Below, one piece after another: positions 41,763 through 51,056 of a stretch of 64,000 nucleotides of DNA. The stretch is from the NCBI GenBank assembly GCA_002361625.1, contig DETL01000011.1, positions 39,407-103,406 of the forward strand. Reading direction: 5' to 3'. The DNA is from Bacteroidales bacterium UBA3289 (GTDB lineage: Bacteria; Bacteroidota; Bacteroidia; Bacteroidales; UBA932). A program made the position numbers and the translations under genes. The notes under the pieces were generated by a model. The model was not told where the DNA came from. It made no database searches and saw only the letters and a list, made by a program, of their open reading frames with translations. Within the stretch, counting starts at the first letter, position 1. Each line of letters opens with the position of its first letter.

Positions 41763-42980
41763 TTACAAGAGCCCAAGGTCTTTTGCCTTAGACACCAAAG
41801 CTGCTGCCGTGGGGACATCGAACTTCACCAGCAGCTTTTTCCGGTACCATTTGATGGTTTCCGGGCTCAGGAAAAGAGCCTCGGCCATCTGCGGGTTGGT
41901 CTTACCCTCGGCGATGAGGGCGAGGATCTGCCGTTCGCGGTCCGTGAGTACAGGCGCTTTGTTGGAAGGGGCGCGGAGTTCCTCTAGCGTCTCGTCCATC
42001 ACCAGTGCGGTTTCCGCCTGCTCTTTTTCCATATGTCGCAGCCGGCGAAGGATCAGAAGGACCGCTGCCACGAGGGCGGCAAGCACCACCAGGACGACCA
42101 GCCACCCCATCAGATTCCGCTTCTGGGCCTGCAGGACCTGGCTCATGAAATCCAGGTTCTCCATCCGGAAGCGGAATTCCTGGTCATCGTGCAGGGAATA
42201 ATACTGGTCCGCTTCCTGCAGACAATGCAGGGCCTTCCAAGTCTTCCCTGTTTCCAGGTACAGGCCGCCTAGGCCCTTCAGGGCATTGGCCACCAGCAAG
42301 GAATCCCCCGCGGTCCGGGCGTAGTCCAGGGATTTTTCGTAAGCCGGGAGCGCCTGGGCATAATCCTTTTCCTCCAGCCATGTCTCTCCGATGTTGTAAT
42401 AGAGGACGGAATTGCTTTCGTTCCACCCATGTTTGTCAAAGATTTCGCCCGCTTTCCCATAGTAGTCCATCGCCGTCGGGATGTCCCCCATTACATTGTA
42501 CAGGTTGCCGATGGCCCCATATAGCGAGGACCGGCTGTCGTCGATGTCGATTTCCGCGTATCCCTCCGGATGGCTCGGGGAGGTGGCGCCGGCAGCCATC
42601 TTTTCCACGCAGGCGAGGGACTCCTGGAACCACACCATCGCGCTGTCGAACTGTTCCCGGGCATAGAAATACTGACCGATGTGCCGGGCGGCGTCGCCCG
42701 TGGCCTCGGTCCATCCCTTCCGGCGGCTGATCGCAATCGCCTTCCGGGCATAGAACACCGCCTTTTCGCCATTGATCACCTCATACCCCAGCATCAGGTC
42801 GCGGTAGGCCCGGTTCAGGTCAATGAGTTCCTCTTCCGTGGCCTTGTCGATGGCATCGGGAGTCCAGCGGGCGACGACCCGCTCCAGCGAGTCCACGTTG
42901 TGACCGCGGTGGTCGGTGTAGGCGCCGACGCAGAGGGCCGTCAAGGCCCATAGGAGGAGGGAGAGGATAAGTTGTCTCAT
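41763..42980 (-). CDS. Membrane-spanning TPR-LuxR one-component regulator
   Basis: Signal peptide, TPR repeats, TM helix, LTDRERQIL..ETIKWYRK HTH. Confidence 0.85.
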   Translation of the reverse strand: MRQLILSLLLWALTALCVGAYTDHRGHNVDSLERVVARWTPDAIDKATEEELIDLNRAYRDLMLGYEVINGEKAVFYARKAIAISRRKGWTEATGDAARHIGQYFYAREQFDSAMVWFQESLACVEKMAAGATSPSHPEGYAEIDIDDSRSSLYGAIGNLYNVMGDIPTAMDYYGKAGEIFDKHGWNESNSVLYYNIGETWLEEKDYAQALPAYEKSLDYARTAGDSLLVANALKGLGGLYLETGKTWKALHCLQEADQYYSLHDDQEFRFRMENLDFMSQVLQAQKRNLMGWLVVLVVLAALVAAVLLILRRLRHMEKEQAETALVMDETLEELRAPSNKAPVLTDRERQILALIAEGKTNPQMAEALFLSPETIKWYRKKLLVKFDVPTAAALVSKAKDLGLL

Positions 42981-43042
42981 GAACACAAAGATAGGTAAAA
43001 TGGCGCTCGTTTGTGCCGAATACCCCTTCCGGACGGTCATTT

Positions 43043-43058
43043 CCACCCTTTTGGGTGG
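43043..43058. promoter_or_regulatory. Palindromic operator candidate between the regulator and the OmpA-family gene
   Basis: CCACCC-TTTT-GGGTGG upstream of a degenerate -7 box GACATTTG. Confidence 0.5.
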
Positions 43059-43111
43059 TGCTTTTGACATCGGGAATCGTGACATTTGTGAAAAACAGAA
43101 CAGACCGGACC

Positions 43112-44371
43112 ATGAAAAAGTACATCCTCACTTGGGCTGTCCTCGCGCTAGTCGGCGGGACCGCCTCCGCCCAGGGCCTTCTCGGGCGCCTCGGCGAACG
43201 CGCCAAACAGGCCGTGGAAAACAACATCGGCAACAAGGTCGAGAAGGGCGTGAACGACCTCCTCGACGGCAAGAAAAAGGATAAGAAAGACAAGAAGGCT
43301 GGCGAAGAGGAGAACACTCCCGCAGTGGGCGAAGGAAATCCGCAAGTGGCCACATCAACCGATTTCAAGCGCGGCGAAGTCATTCTGTTCGAGGATGATT
43401 TCACGGCCGAGGTGGTGGGCGAGTTCCCTTCCAAGTGGGATCTGCTGGACGGTGGCGCCGAGGTCAAGACCCTGGGCGGAATCAAGGCCGTCGAGATTAC
43501 CAACAACGGTGTCATCACGCCTCTGATCAAGGAACAGGGAGCCTACTTGCCCGAAGAATTCACCATCGAGTATGATTTCTATTATTGGGACGATAAGGAT
43601 GACGTCGGCTTGAATGACCTGAAACTCTGTCTGGCCGATAACACGGACCGTTCCGAATGGAGCGGTTATTATGGCGAAGGCTGCGCTTTTTGCTTGGTCC
43701 ATGGCGTGTGCGCTACGTGGGACCATCATGCCAATTATAATAATGACACGGGCTCCAAGGATACCCGGGAAGTGAGCTTTGAATACAAATTCAAGCAGGG
43801 CTGGCACCATGTGGCGCTTTCGTTCAACAAGCGCGCGCTGAAGGTTTACTTTGACGGGAACCGGGTGATCAATCTGCCGAAGGTCAAGCAGCCGACATGG
43901 ATGTCTTTCCAGGTTCCTTTCGATCATTCGAACCTGACGTTTATCCGCAATGTCGTGATCGCCAAGGGCGCTGTTGAACTGTATGACCGTAACGAACAGT
44001 CCATGACCGCCGTCGAGAAGGCCATCGCCGAAACCGGCAAGTTCGTCACGAACAACATCCTCTTCGAGACCGGCAAGGCCACGCTGAAGCCCGAGTCCAT
44101 GGAGGAGATCGAGAAGGTCGCCGACTACATGAAAAAGAACCCGAACGCCCGCTTCGAGGTGCAGGGCCACACGGACAACCAGGGCTCCGACAAGGTCAAC
44201 GACCCGCTCAGCCAGCAGCGCGCCGAGGCCGTCGTCAAGGCCCTCGAGGAGAAGGGCGTGGACCCGTTCAACCTCCGCGCCGTGGGCAAGGGCGCGCACG
44301 AGCCCGTGGCCGACAACAAGACCGAGGAAGGACGCGCCAAGAACCGCCGCGTGGAGTTCGTGAAGAAATAG
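43112..44371 (+). CDS. OmpA-family peptidoglycan-binding protein
   Basis: Signal peptide; C-terminal GHTDN..LSQQRA..KNRRVEF. Confidence 0.88.
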   Translation: MKKYILTWAVLALVGGTASAQGLLGRLGERAKQAVENNIGNKVEKGVNDLLDGKKKDKKDKKAGEEENTPAVGEGNPQVATSTDFKRGEVILFEDDFTAEVVGEFPSKWDLLDGGAEVKTLGGIKAVEITNNGVITPLIKEQGAYLPEEFTIEYDFYYWDDKDDVGLNDLKLCLADNTDRSEWSGYYGEGCAFCLVHGVCATWDHHANYNNDTGSKDTREVSFEYKFKQGWHHVALSFNKRALKVYFDGNRVINLPKVKQPTWMSFQVPFDHSNLTFIRNVVIAKGAVELYDRNEQSMTAVEKAIAETGKFVTNNILFETGKATLKPESMEEIEKVADYMKKNPNARFEVQGHTDNQGSDKVNDPLSQQRAEAVVKALEEKGVDPFNLRAVGKGAHEPVADNKTEEGRAKNRRVEFVKK

Positions 44372-44420
44372 CCCGTCGAATGTAAGTGCTTGTAATATAG
44401 CGAATTGTGTTCGGCGCTGT

Positions 44421-44900
44421 TCAGGGGCGTACAAGCAGTGCCGAGGCCCAGACTTCGCAGCCTTCGCCCCGGCCCACGAAGCCGAGGCGCTCGGTCGTGG
44501 TGGCCTTGACGGAGACGGCATCGACGGGGATGCCCATGACCTCCGCCAGCACCGAGCGCATGGTAAGGATGTGCGGAGCCAGCTTGGGGCGTTGCAGGGC
44601 GATGGTGATATCGGCATTGCCGACGCGCCAGCCCTGAGAGGCGATGAGGGCTACGACCTTCCCCAGCAGGATTTTGCTGTCGATGCCCTTCCACTCGGGA
44701 GAGGTGTCGGGAAACAGATGGCCGATGTCTCCCAGGGCGAGGGCGCCCAGAAGGGCGTCGCACAGGGCATGGATGGCGACATCGCCGTCCGAATGCGCTA
44801 CAAAGCCATATTCCGAGGGGATGCGCACGCCGCCCAGCCACATGGGAAGTCCTTCTGCGAGGGCGTGCACGTCATATCCGTTTCCGATTCTGATATCCAT
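44421..44900 (-). CDS. ispF: 2-C-methyl-D-erythritol 2,4-cyclodiphosphate synthase
   Basis: IGNGYDVH, HSDGDV, DIGHLFP, KATTTE. Confidence 0.96.
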   Translation of the reverse strand: MDIRIGNGYDVHALAEGLPMWLGGVRIPSEYGFVAHSDGDVAIHALCDALLGALALGDIGHLFPDTSPEWKGIDSKILLGKVVALIASQGWRVGNADITIALQRPKLAPHILTMRSVLAEVMGIPVDAVSVKATTTERLGFVGRGEGCEVWASALLVRP

Positions 44901-44954
44901 GGTCGCAAATATAATGAAAAATGATTAATTTTGTAAGTTAAGAAAGAAGGCACT

Positions 44955-45266
44955 ATGGCAGGATTCAATTTCGGTTTCTTCGGAAGCCAGGAACACCGGG
45001 TGTTCAACTACAAGCCCCGCTACTATGATCCCGAAGAGGAAGAGCGCAAGCGCCTGTTCGGTGACGTGGACGGCTCCAATGAAAAGGCCGCCAAGGAAGG
45101 GAAGTACGTTCCCGGCAGCAGCATCCGCGGCGCCTGGCGCGACGGCAATTACAAGCGCACGCGCTCCACTCAGACGCGTACGCAGGTGATTATCAGTATT
45201 GTAGCCCTTCTCCTTGTGGCGGTGGTCCTGATCTACATCACGAAGTTTTATTCCCTGCTCGGCTAG
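44955..45266 (+). CDS. Small hypothetical membrane protein
   Basis: FNYKPRYYDP motif and C-terminal TM helix. Confidence 0.75.
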   Translation: MAGFNFGFFGSQEHRVFNYKPRYYDPEEEERKRLFGDVDGSNEKAAKEGKYVPGSSIRGAWRDGNYKRTRSTQTRTQVIISIVALLLVAVVLIYITKFYSLLG

Positions 45267-47084
45267 ATGGAACTCAGGATCCTACCCAGGAACATCGCGG
45301 ACATGATCGCCGCGGGAGAGGTCGTCCAGCGGCCCGCTTCCGTGGTGAAGGAACTCATGGAGAATGCCGTGGACGCCGGTGCGTCGCAGGTTTCCGTCAC
45401 GGTGACGGATGCCGGCCGCACGCTCATCCAGGTCATCGACAACGGCTGCGGCATGTCCCCGGACGACGCCGTCCTGTGTTTCGAGCGGCACGCCACTTCC
45501 AAGATCGCGACGGCCGAGGACCTGCAGGAAATCCTCACCTTCGGTTTCCGCGGAGAAGCCCTCGCCTCCATTGCCGCCGTGTCCGATGTGGTCCTCAGGA
45601 CCCGCCGGGACGAGGACGAGGTGGGCGTGGAAGTGGAGTTTTCCGCTTCCGAGCATCTGTCCACCCGCGAAGTCGCCGCCCCGAAAGGTTCCAATTTCGC
45701 CGTCCGGAACCTCTTTTTCAACACTCCTGCCCGCCGGAAGTTCCTGAAATCCGATACCGTGGAATTCCGCCACATCGTGGAGGAGTTCCAGCGCGTCGCG
45801 CTCACCCGTCCCGACATCGCCTTCACCCTCATCCACAACGGCCGGGACATCCATGTCCTGAAGCCGGCCAAGTCCTTGAAGTTCCGGGTGATGGATCTTC
45901 TCGGAAGCGCCGTGGTCGGGGAGGTGATGGATATCGAGGCGAACACGACCATCGTCCGGATCCACGGGTTCGTGGGCCGTCCCGAATCGGCGAAGAAGAC
46001 CCTGGGAAACCAGTTCCTCTTCGTGAACGGCCGCTATTTCCGGAGCCCCTACCTGCACAAGGCCGTGATGAAGGCCTACGAGTCCCTGATTCCGGAGGGG
46101 ACCACGCCGTCGTACTTCATCTTCCTGGAGGTGGACCCTTCCACCATCGACGTGAACATCCACCCCACCAAGACCGAGATCAAGTTCGAGGAGGACAGCG
46201 TCATCTTCCAGACGCTGTATGCCTGTGTCCGGGAGGCTACGGCCCGCGGCGGTTCGGGCGGGGCCATCGACTTTGACAATCCCGAAGCCCGGGAGATGCC
46301 GGTGCTGGGCCCCCGTTTCGACGAATACCGTCCCGTGAGCATTCCCACGGCCGGTGTGGATCCCACTTACAACCCCTTTACGGCTGGAGACAAGTACCTG
46401 GATGACCGGGATTTCGCCCCGGTGCAGGGAAGCGGCGGAGGAAGCGCCCCGGCGCACCCTTCCTATACCGTGGACCGGCACGAGGATTATGGCAAGCTTT
46501 TCGAGGACCGCACGATGCCTTCGGCGCAGGTCCTCACCGTGCAGGGGAAATACATCTTCTCCCAGTCGGCTTCCGGCGTGATGGTGGTCCATGTCGCCCG
46601 CGCCCGTGAGCGGATTCTTTACGACCGTTTCCTCAAAGTCCTGGGCAAGGAGGCTCATGTGAGCCAGAGCACTCTCTTCCCCGTCCAGGTCAATGTCGGG
46701 GTGGGCGGACGTCTCCTCTTTGACGAGCACCAGGATTTCCTCCGGCGCCTGGGCTTCGACATCGACGCTTTCGGAACCGACACGGTGGTCGTGAACGGCG
46801 TCCCCGAAGGCTACAGCACCGAAGCGGGCAAGGTCCATACGATGGTGGGGGACCTGATCCTCATCCTCTCCGAGGACCATGGGGCCCTTCCCGAAATGAT
46901 GGAGCAGTCCCTCGCCCAGAAGTTCGCCCTGCTGGGCGCTTCCGGCGGGGAAAAGCTATCGTCACCCACCGAGGCCCAGCGCCTGGTGGACGCCCTCCTC
47001 GCCTGCGAAAATCCCGAATTCACCGCCGCCGGCCGCCGGATCATCAGCATCCTGCCGCTGGATGAAATAGACCGAAGATTCTGA
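45267..47084 (+). CDS. mutL: DNA mismatch repair protein MutL
   Basis: IAAGEVVQRPASVVKEL, HATSKI, GFRGEALASI, DVNIHPTK. Confidence 0.97.
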   Translation: MELRILPRNIADMIAAGEVVQRPASVVKELMENAVDAGASQVSVTVTDAGRTLIQVIDNGCGMSPDDAVLCFERHATSKIATAEDLQEILTFGFRGEALASIAAVSDVVLRTRRDEDEVGVEVEFSASEHLSTREVAAPKGSNFAVRNLFFNTPARRKFLKSDTVEFRHIVEEFQRVALTRPDIAFTLIHNGRDIHVLKPAKSLKFRVMDLLGSAVVGEVMDIEANTTIVRIHGFVGRPESAKKTLGNQFLFVNGRYFRSPYLHKAVMKAYESLIPEGTTPSYFIFLEVDPSTIDVNIHPTKTEIKFEEDSVIFQTLYACVREATARGGSGGAIDFDNPEAREMPVLGPRFDEYRPVSIPTAGVDPTYNPFTAGDKYLDDRDFAPVQGSGGGSAPAHPSYTVDRHEDYGKLFEDRTMPSAQVLTVQGKYIFSQSASGVMVVHVARARERILYDRFLKVLGKEAHVSQSTLFPVQVNVGVGGRLLFDEHQDFLRRLGFDIDAFGTDTVVVNGVPEGYSTEAGKVHTMVGDLILILSEDHGALPEMMEQSLAQKFALLGASGGEKLSSPTEAQRLVDALLACENPEFTAAGRRIISILPLDEIDRRF

Positions 47085-47735
47085 ATGGCACTTCCCACTT
47101 TCCTTGAACGTATTCCCACGGTAACCCGGAACATCCTCATCATCAACGTGATCGTCTTCCTGGCCACGCTGATCAACCAGGATTTCATGTACGGGACCTT
47201 CGCGATGTTCTATCCGGCTTCCCCGCTCTTCCGGTGGTGGCAGCCCCTTACCCACATGTTCATGCATGGGGGCTTCATGCACATCCTGTTCAACATGTAC
47301 ACCCTGGTCATGTTCGGCATGGTGGTGGAGCGGGCGCTCGGGACGAAGAAGTTCCTGATCCTGTATTTCGTGGCCGGTTTCGGTGCCGTCGCCCTGCATA
47401 CGGGTGTGGAATGGATCCAGGCGCAGTCCATGTCTCCGAACAGCGCGGCGTACATCGACCTGCTCCGGACGCCGGTCGTGGGCGCTTCGGGCGCCATCTA
47501 CGGCGTCCTCGTCGCCTTTGCGATGCTGTATCCGGAAGCCCGGATGACCCTGATCTTCCCGCCGGTCACCCTGGATGCGAAGTGGATGGTCGCCATCTTC
47601 ATCGGCATCGAACTCCTGACCGGCATCACCGGGACGCAGATGGGCATCGCCCATTTCGCACACCTGGGCGGTGCGCTGTTCTCTTTCCTGCTGGTCCTGT
47701 ACTGGCGTAAAACCGGAGCGATATGGCGGAGGTAG
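47085..47735 (+). CDS. Rhomboid intramembrane serine protease
   Basis: HMFMHGG..HILFNM, GASG, AHLGG. Confidence 0.93.
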   Translation: MALPTFLERIPTVTRNILIINVIVFLATLINQDFMYGTFAMFYPASPLFRWWQPLTHMFMHGGFMHILFNMYTLVMFGMVVERALGTKKFLILYFVAGFGAVALHTGVEWIQAQSMSPNSAAYIDLLRTPVVGASGAIYGVLVAFAMLYPEARMTLIFPPVTLDAKWMVAIFIGIELLTGITGTQMGIAHFAHLGGALFSFLLVLYWRKTGAIWRR

Positions 47736-48805
47736 AAAGGAAACGGCCCGGCTGGTTCTCGCGCCTGACCTTCGGAACGGCGGCCCTCGTCATCGCGGGC
47801 CTGCTCCTGCTGAGTTACCTGTCCGTGTTCGTGAATCCGGCCAAAGCCTGGTTCTTCACCATCTTCGGCCTGATGTTCATCCCGCTGGTGGTCCTGACGA
47901 CCCTGTTTTTCATCTGGGCCCTCTTCCGGCGCTCGCGGATGACCGGATTCCTGCTCCTGATGCTCCTGCCGGCCATCTTCCTGATCGGAAAGTATTACCA
48001 GAGGAAGGCCCCGGAACTGACGCGGGAGCCTACGCTCAAGGTCGTCTCCTACAACGTGGGGCTCTTTGCCCATGGCGACATGGGCGACAAGCGCCTGGTC
48101 CTGGCCGATTCCATCGCTGCCTACCTCCGGAAAACGGAGGCCGACATCATCTGCCTCCAGGAGTTCTACTTGCCCAACGCCCTGAACATGGATGCCTGGT
48201 TTCGGGATCATTTCCCGGGCTATCATGCCGATTACTACGTACTTACCGGAGAGAAGGGCCACGCCGGCAACGTGACGCTCACCCGTCGGCCCGTCCTGTA
48301 CAAGGGAAAGATCGATTTCGAGAAATCCACGAACATGGCGCTCCATACGGATGTCCAGCTGGATTCCACCGTCCTCCGGTTCTACAACTGTCATTTCGAG
48401 AGTTACAACATTTCGCTCTCGGGTCTCGTGCGTTCCCTGAAAAAAGTGGACGACGAGGCGGTGGAGGACACCGGCCGCAAGATGCGCCGCTCCATCGTCC
48501 AGCGCCCCCGGCAGGTCGATGCCGTGATGCAGGACGTGGATGCCTGTCCGGTCCGCTCGGTGGTGCTCGGGGATTTCAACGACAATCCGCTGTCCTACAC
48601 GCTGTATCGGCTGTCCCGCGGCCGCAGTGACGCTTTCGTCAAGGCGGGGAAGGGCTTCGGCGCCACGTTCCGGACGCTGTGGCCGCTGCTCCGTATCGAC
48701 TATATCCTGTATCCGAGGGACCTGGAGGCCGTCCGCTGCGAGGTTCCGAAGGTCAGGTATTCTGACCATTATCCCGTCATAACCACTTTCTATGAAAAGA
48801 GATGA
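47723..48805 (+). CDS. Endonuclease/exonuclease/phosphatase family membrane protein
   Basis: SYNV, CLQE, GDFND, RIDYI, SDHYP. Confidence 0.9.
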   Translation: MAEVERKRPGWFSRLTFGTAALVIAGLLLLSYLSVFVNPAKAWFFTIFGLMFIPLVVLTTLFFIWALFRRSRMTGFLLLMLLPAIFLIGKYYQRKAPELTREPTLKVVSYNVGLFAHGDMGDKRLVLADSIAAYLRKTEADIICLQEFYLPNALNMDAWFRDHFPGYHADYYVLTGEKGHAGNVTLTRRPVLYKGKIDFEKSTNMALHTDVQLDSTVLRFYNCHFESYNISLSGLVRSLKKVDDEAVEDTGRKMRRSIVQRPRQVDAVMQDVDACPVRSVVLGDFNDNPLSYTLYRLSRGRSDAFVKAGKGFGATFRTLWPLLRIDYILYPRDLEAVRCEVPKVRYSDHYPVITTFYEKR

Positions 48806-49394
48806 AGTCCTTGCCGAGGCCCTGAAGACCCTCCGCGCCGGCGGCACGATCCTGTATCCGACCGACACGGTCTGGGGCCTGGGCTGCGATGCCACGAACC
48901 CTGCCGCGGTAGCGCGCATTTATGAAATCAAGCAGCGCAGCGAGGCCAAGTCGCTGGTGCTGCTGGCCAATGACCTGGACATGGTCGCGAAGTACGTGCG
49001 GGAGATTCCGCCGATGGCCGTGGAACTGGTGGAGGTCAATGACAGCCCGATGACGATCATCTATCCCGAGGCCCAGGCCGGTGCCGAAGGCGAGCCCGGC
49101 GACCGCTGGCACCTCGCCTGGAACGCGGTGGCCGAAGATGGCTCCGTGGGCATCCGCATCCCCCTGTTCGACTTGTGCAAGGACTTGATTTTCAAGCTGG
49201 GACGTCCCCTCGTGAGCACCTCGGCCAATATCTCCGGCGAACCTACGCCCAAGCGGTTCAGTGACATTCCGCAGGAGATCAAGGATGCCGTGGACTTCGT
49301 CGTCCCGCCTTCCTTCGATGCCGGCTCCACCGGCAAGGCCTCGCAGATCATCAAGGTCGCGATGGACGGCCAGGTCCAGATTATCCGGATGTAG
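48792..49394 (+). CDS. tsaC: L-threonylcarbamoyladenylate synthase (Sua5/YrdC)
   Basis: YPTDTVWGLGC, IKQR, STSANISG. Confidence 0.9.
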   Translation: MKRDEVLAEALKTLRAGGTILYPTDTVWGLGCDATNPAAVARIYEIKQRSEAKSLVLLANDLDMVAKYVREIPPMAVELVEVNDSPMTIIYPEAQAGAEGEPGDRWHLAWNAVAEDGSVGIRIPLFDLCKDLIFKLGRPLVSTSANISGEPTPKRFSDIPQEIKDAVDFVVPPSFDAGSTGKASQIIKVAMDGQVQIIRM

Positions 49395-50126
49395 GTGGAA
49401 CTTTTTTACGCATACGACTCCGACGGCCGCCATTGCCGGCTGGACAGTGACGAATCCGGGCACTGCGTCCGGGTGCTGCGCCACCGGGTGGGGGATGAAA
49501 TCCACGTCATTGACGGATGCGGGACGATGTTCCGCTGCCGGCTGACGGATGACAATCCGAAATCGGCCGAGGCGGGGGTCCTGGAGGCCTTCCCCGGTTG
49601 GGGCGGCCATCCGTACCGGCTCACCGTGGCCTGCTGCCCCACGAAGAACAACGACCGTTTCGAGTGGTTCGTGGAAAAGGCCACCGAGGTAGGCGTGGAC
49701 CGCATCGTCCCGGTCATTGGCGAGCGCTCCGAGCGGAAAGTCTATAAGACGGACCGGGCTTACCGGATCGCCCTTTCTGCTACCAAACAGTCCCTCAAGG
49801 CCCGCATCCCCGAAATCGCCGAGCCCCTGTCCGTCAAGGACTTCATCTGTCGTTCCGAACCTGCGGAGCAGGTGAAGGAATCTCTCAAACTCATCGCCTA
49901 CTGCTTCGAAGGCGACACCCGCCGCATCTCCATCCAGGAGGCCCTTGCCGCAAGCACCGCGACGGACATTACCATCCTCATCGGCCCGGAAGGGGATTTC
50001 TCGCCGGAAGAGGCGCGCCTTGCCATCGAGCACGGCTACATCCCCGTGCACCTCGGCGCTTCCCGCCTCCGTACCGAAACGGCCGCGGTCGTCGCCGCCA
50101 CGGCGGTGTACCTGGCCCGTGGATAG
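49395..50126 (+). CDS. rsmE: 16S rRNA m3U1498 methyltransferase
   Basis: HCVRVLR, EKATEVG, IGPEGDF, LRTETA. Confidence 0.95.
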   Translation: MELFYAYDSDGRHCRLDSDESGHCVRVLRHRVGDEIHVIDGCGTMFRCRLTDDNPKSAEAGVLEAFPGWGGHPYRLTVACCPTKNNDRFEWFVEKATEVGVDRIVPVIGERSERKVYKTDRAYRIALSATKQSLKARIPEIAEPLSVKDFICRSEPAEQVKESLKLIAYCFEGDTRRISIQEALAASTATDITILIGPEGDFSPEEARLAIEHGYIPVHLGASRLRTETAAVVAATAVYLARG

Positions 50127-50130
50127 TCAA

Positions 50131-50622
50131 ATGTATATCGGGCTCATATCGGATTCGCACGGGGTGTTCAGTCCCGAGTTCAGGGAGTTCCTGCAGCCGG
50201 TGGACGAGATTTGGCATGCCGGGGACTTCGGCGGAGGACTGGCCACGGCCGATGCGTTCGCGGCGTTCAAGCCCCTCAAAGGCGTCATCGGCAACTGCGA
50301 CGACCGGCGCCTCATCCACGAATATCCGATGCACCTGTTCTGGGAATGTGAGGGACTGAAAATCCTGATGACGCATATCGGCGGGTCGCCCGGACACTAT
50401 GATCCCGAGGCGCGGACCCTGATCCGGCAGTATCGGCCGGATATCTTCGTGTGCGGGCATTCCCATATTCTGAAGGTGATGAATGACAGTACTTTTAACA
50501 TGCTGTATATCAATCCGGGAGCCTGCGGAAAACAGGGCTGGCATGCGGTCCGGACGGCACTCCGCTTTCATATTGATAGCGGAAATCTTCACGACATGGA
50601 AGTGTTTGAACTAAAACGCTGA
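50131..50622 (+). CDS. YfcE-like metallophosphoesterase
   Basis: SDSH, HAGD, GNCD, GHSH, NPG. Confidence 0.9.
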   Translation: MYIGLISDSHGVFSPEFREFLQPVDEIWHAGDFGGGLATADAFAAFKPLKGVIGNCDDRRLIHEYPMHLFWECEGLKILMTHIGGSPGHYDPEARTLIRQYRPDIFVCGHSHILKVMNDSTFNMLYINPGACGKQGWHAVRTALRFHIDSGNLHDMEVFELKR

Positions 50623-50748
50623 CAGGTTGTTTCCTAGCGCGGACATTCCATGATTATAAAATTTTTGAAAAGTTTCTTTGAAATGTCCGGAAAGTGCTGT
50701 ACATTTGCCGCCCGAAAAGTGTTTTTAAGTTAGTATATCTTATTTACT

Positions 50749-50964
50749 ATGAAAAAGGTATTTATGTCCGTCGCCATCGTCGCGATGATGGTTGCTGCCA
50801 GCGCTTGCGGCAACAACAATTCCAAGAAGGCCGCTGAGGCCGAGGCTGCTGTCGAGGAGGCCGTCGAGGCCACCACCGAGGCTGTCGATTCCACTGTCGC
50901 TGCTGCTGCCGACACCGTCGCTGCCGCTGCCCAGGAGGTCGTCGAGGAAGTCAAGGGCGAGTAA
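50749..50964 (+). CDS. Small acidic Ala-rich lipoprotein
   Basis: ASAC lipobox; own TACATTTG promoter and downstream terminator. Confidence 0.78.
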   Translation: MKKVFMSVAIVAMMVAASACGNNNSKKAAEAEAAVEEAVEATTEAVDSTVAAAADTVAAAAQEVVEEVKGE

Positions 50965-50993
50965 TTCTCCCCTTCATATCCTCCGAAAGGATT

Positions 50994-51028
50994 GGATATT
51001 GTCCCGATTGGAACAATATCTTTTTTTT
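50994..51028 (+). terminator. Terminator after the small lipoprotein
   Basis: GATATTGT..ACAATATC plus T8. Confidence 0.7.
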
Positions 51029-51056
51029 GTATCTTCGCATAAGTAAAGGAAACGAC

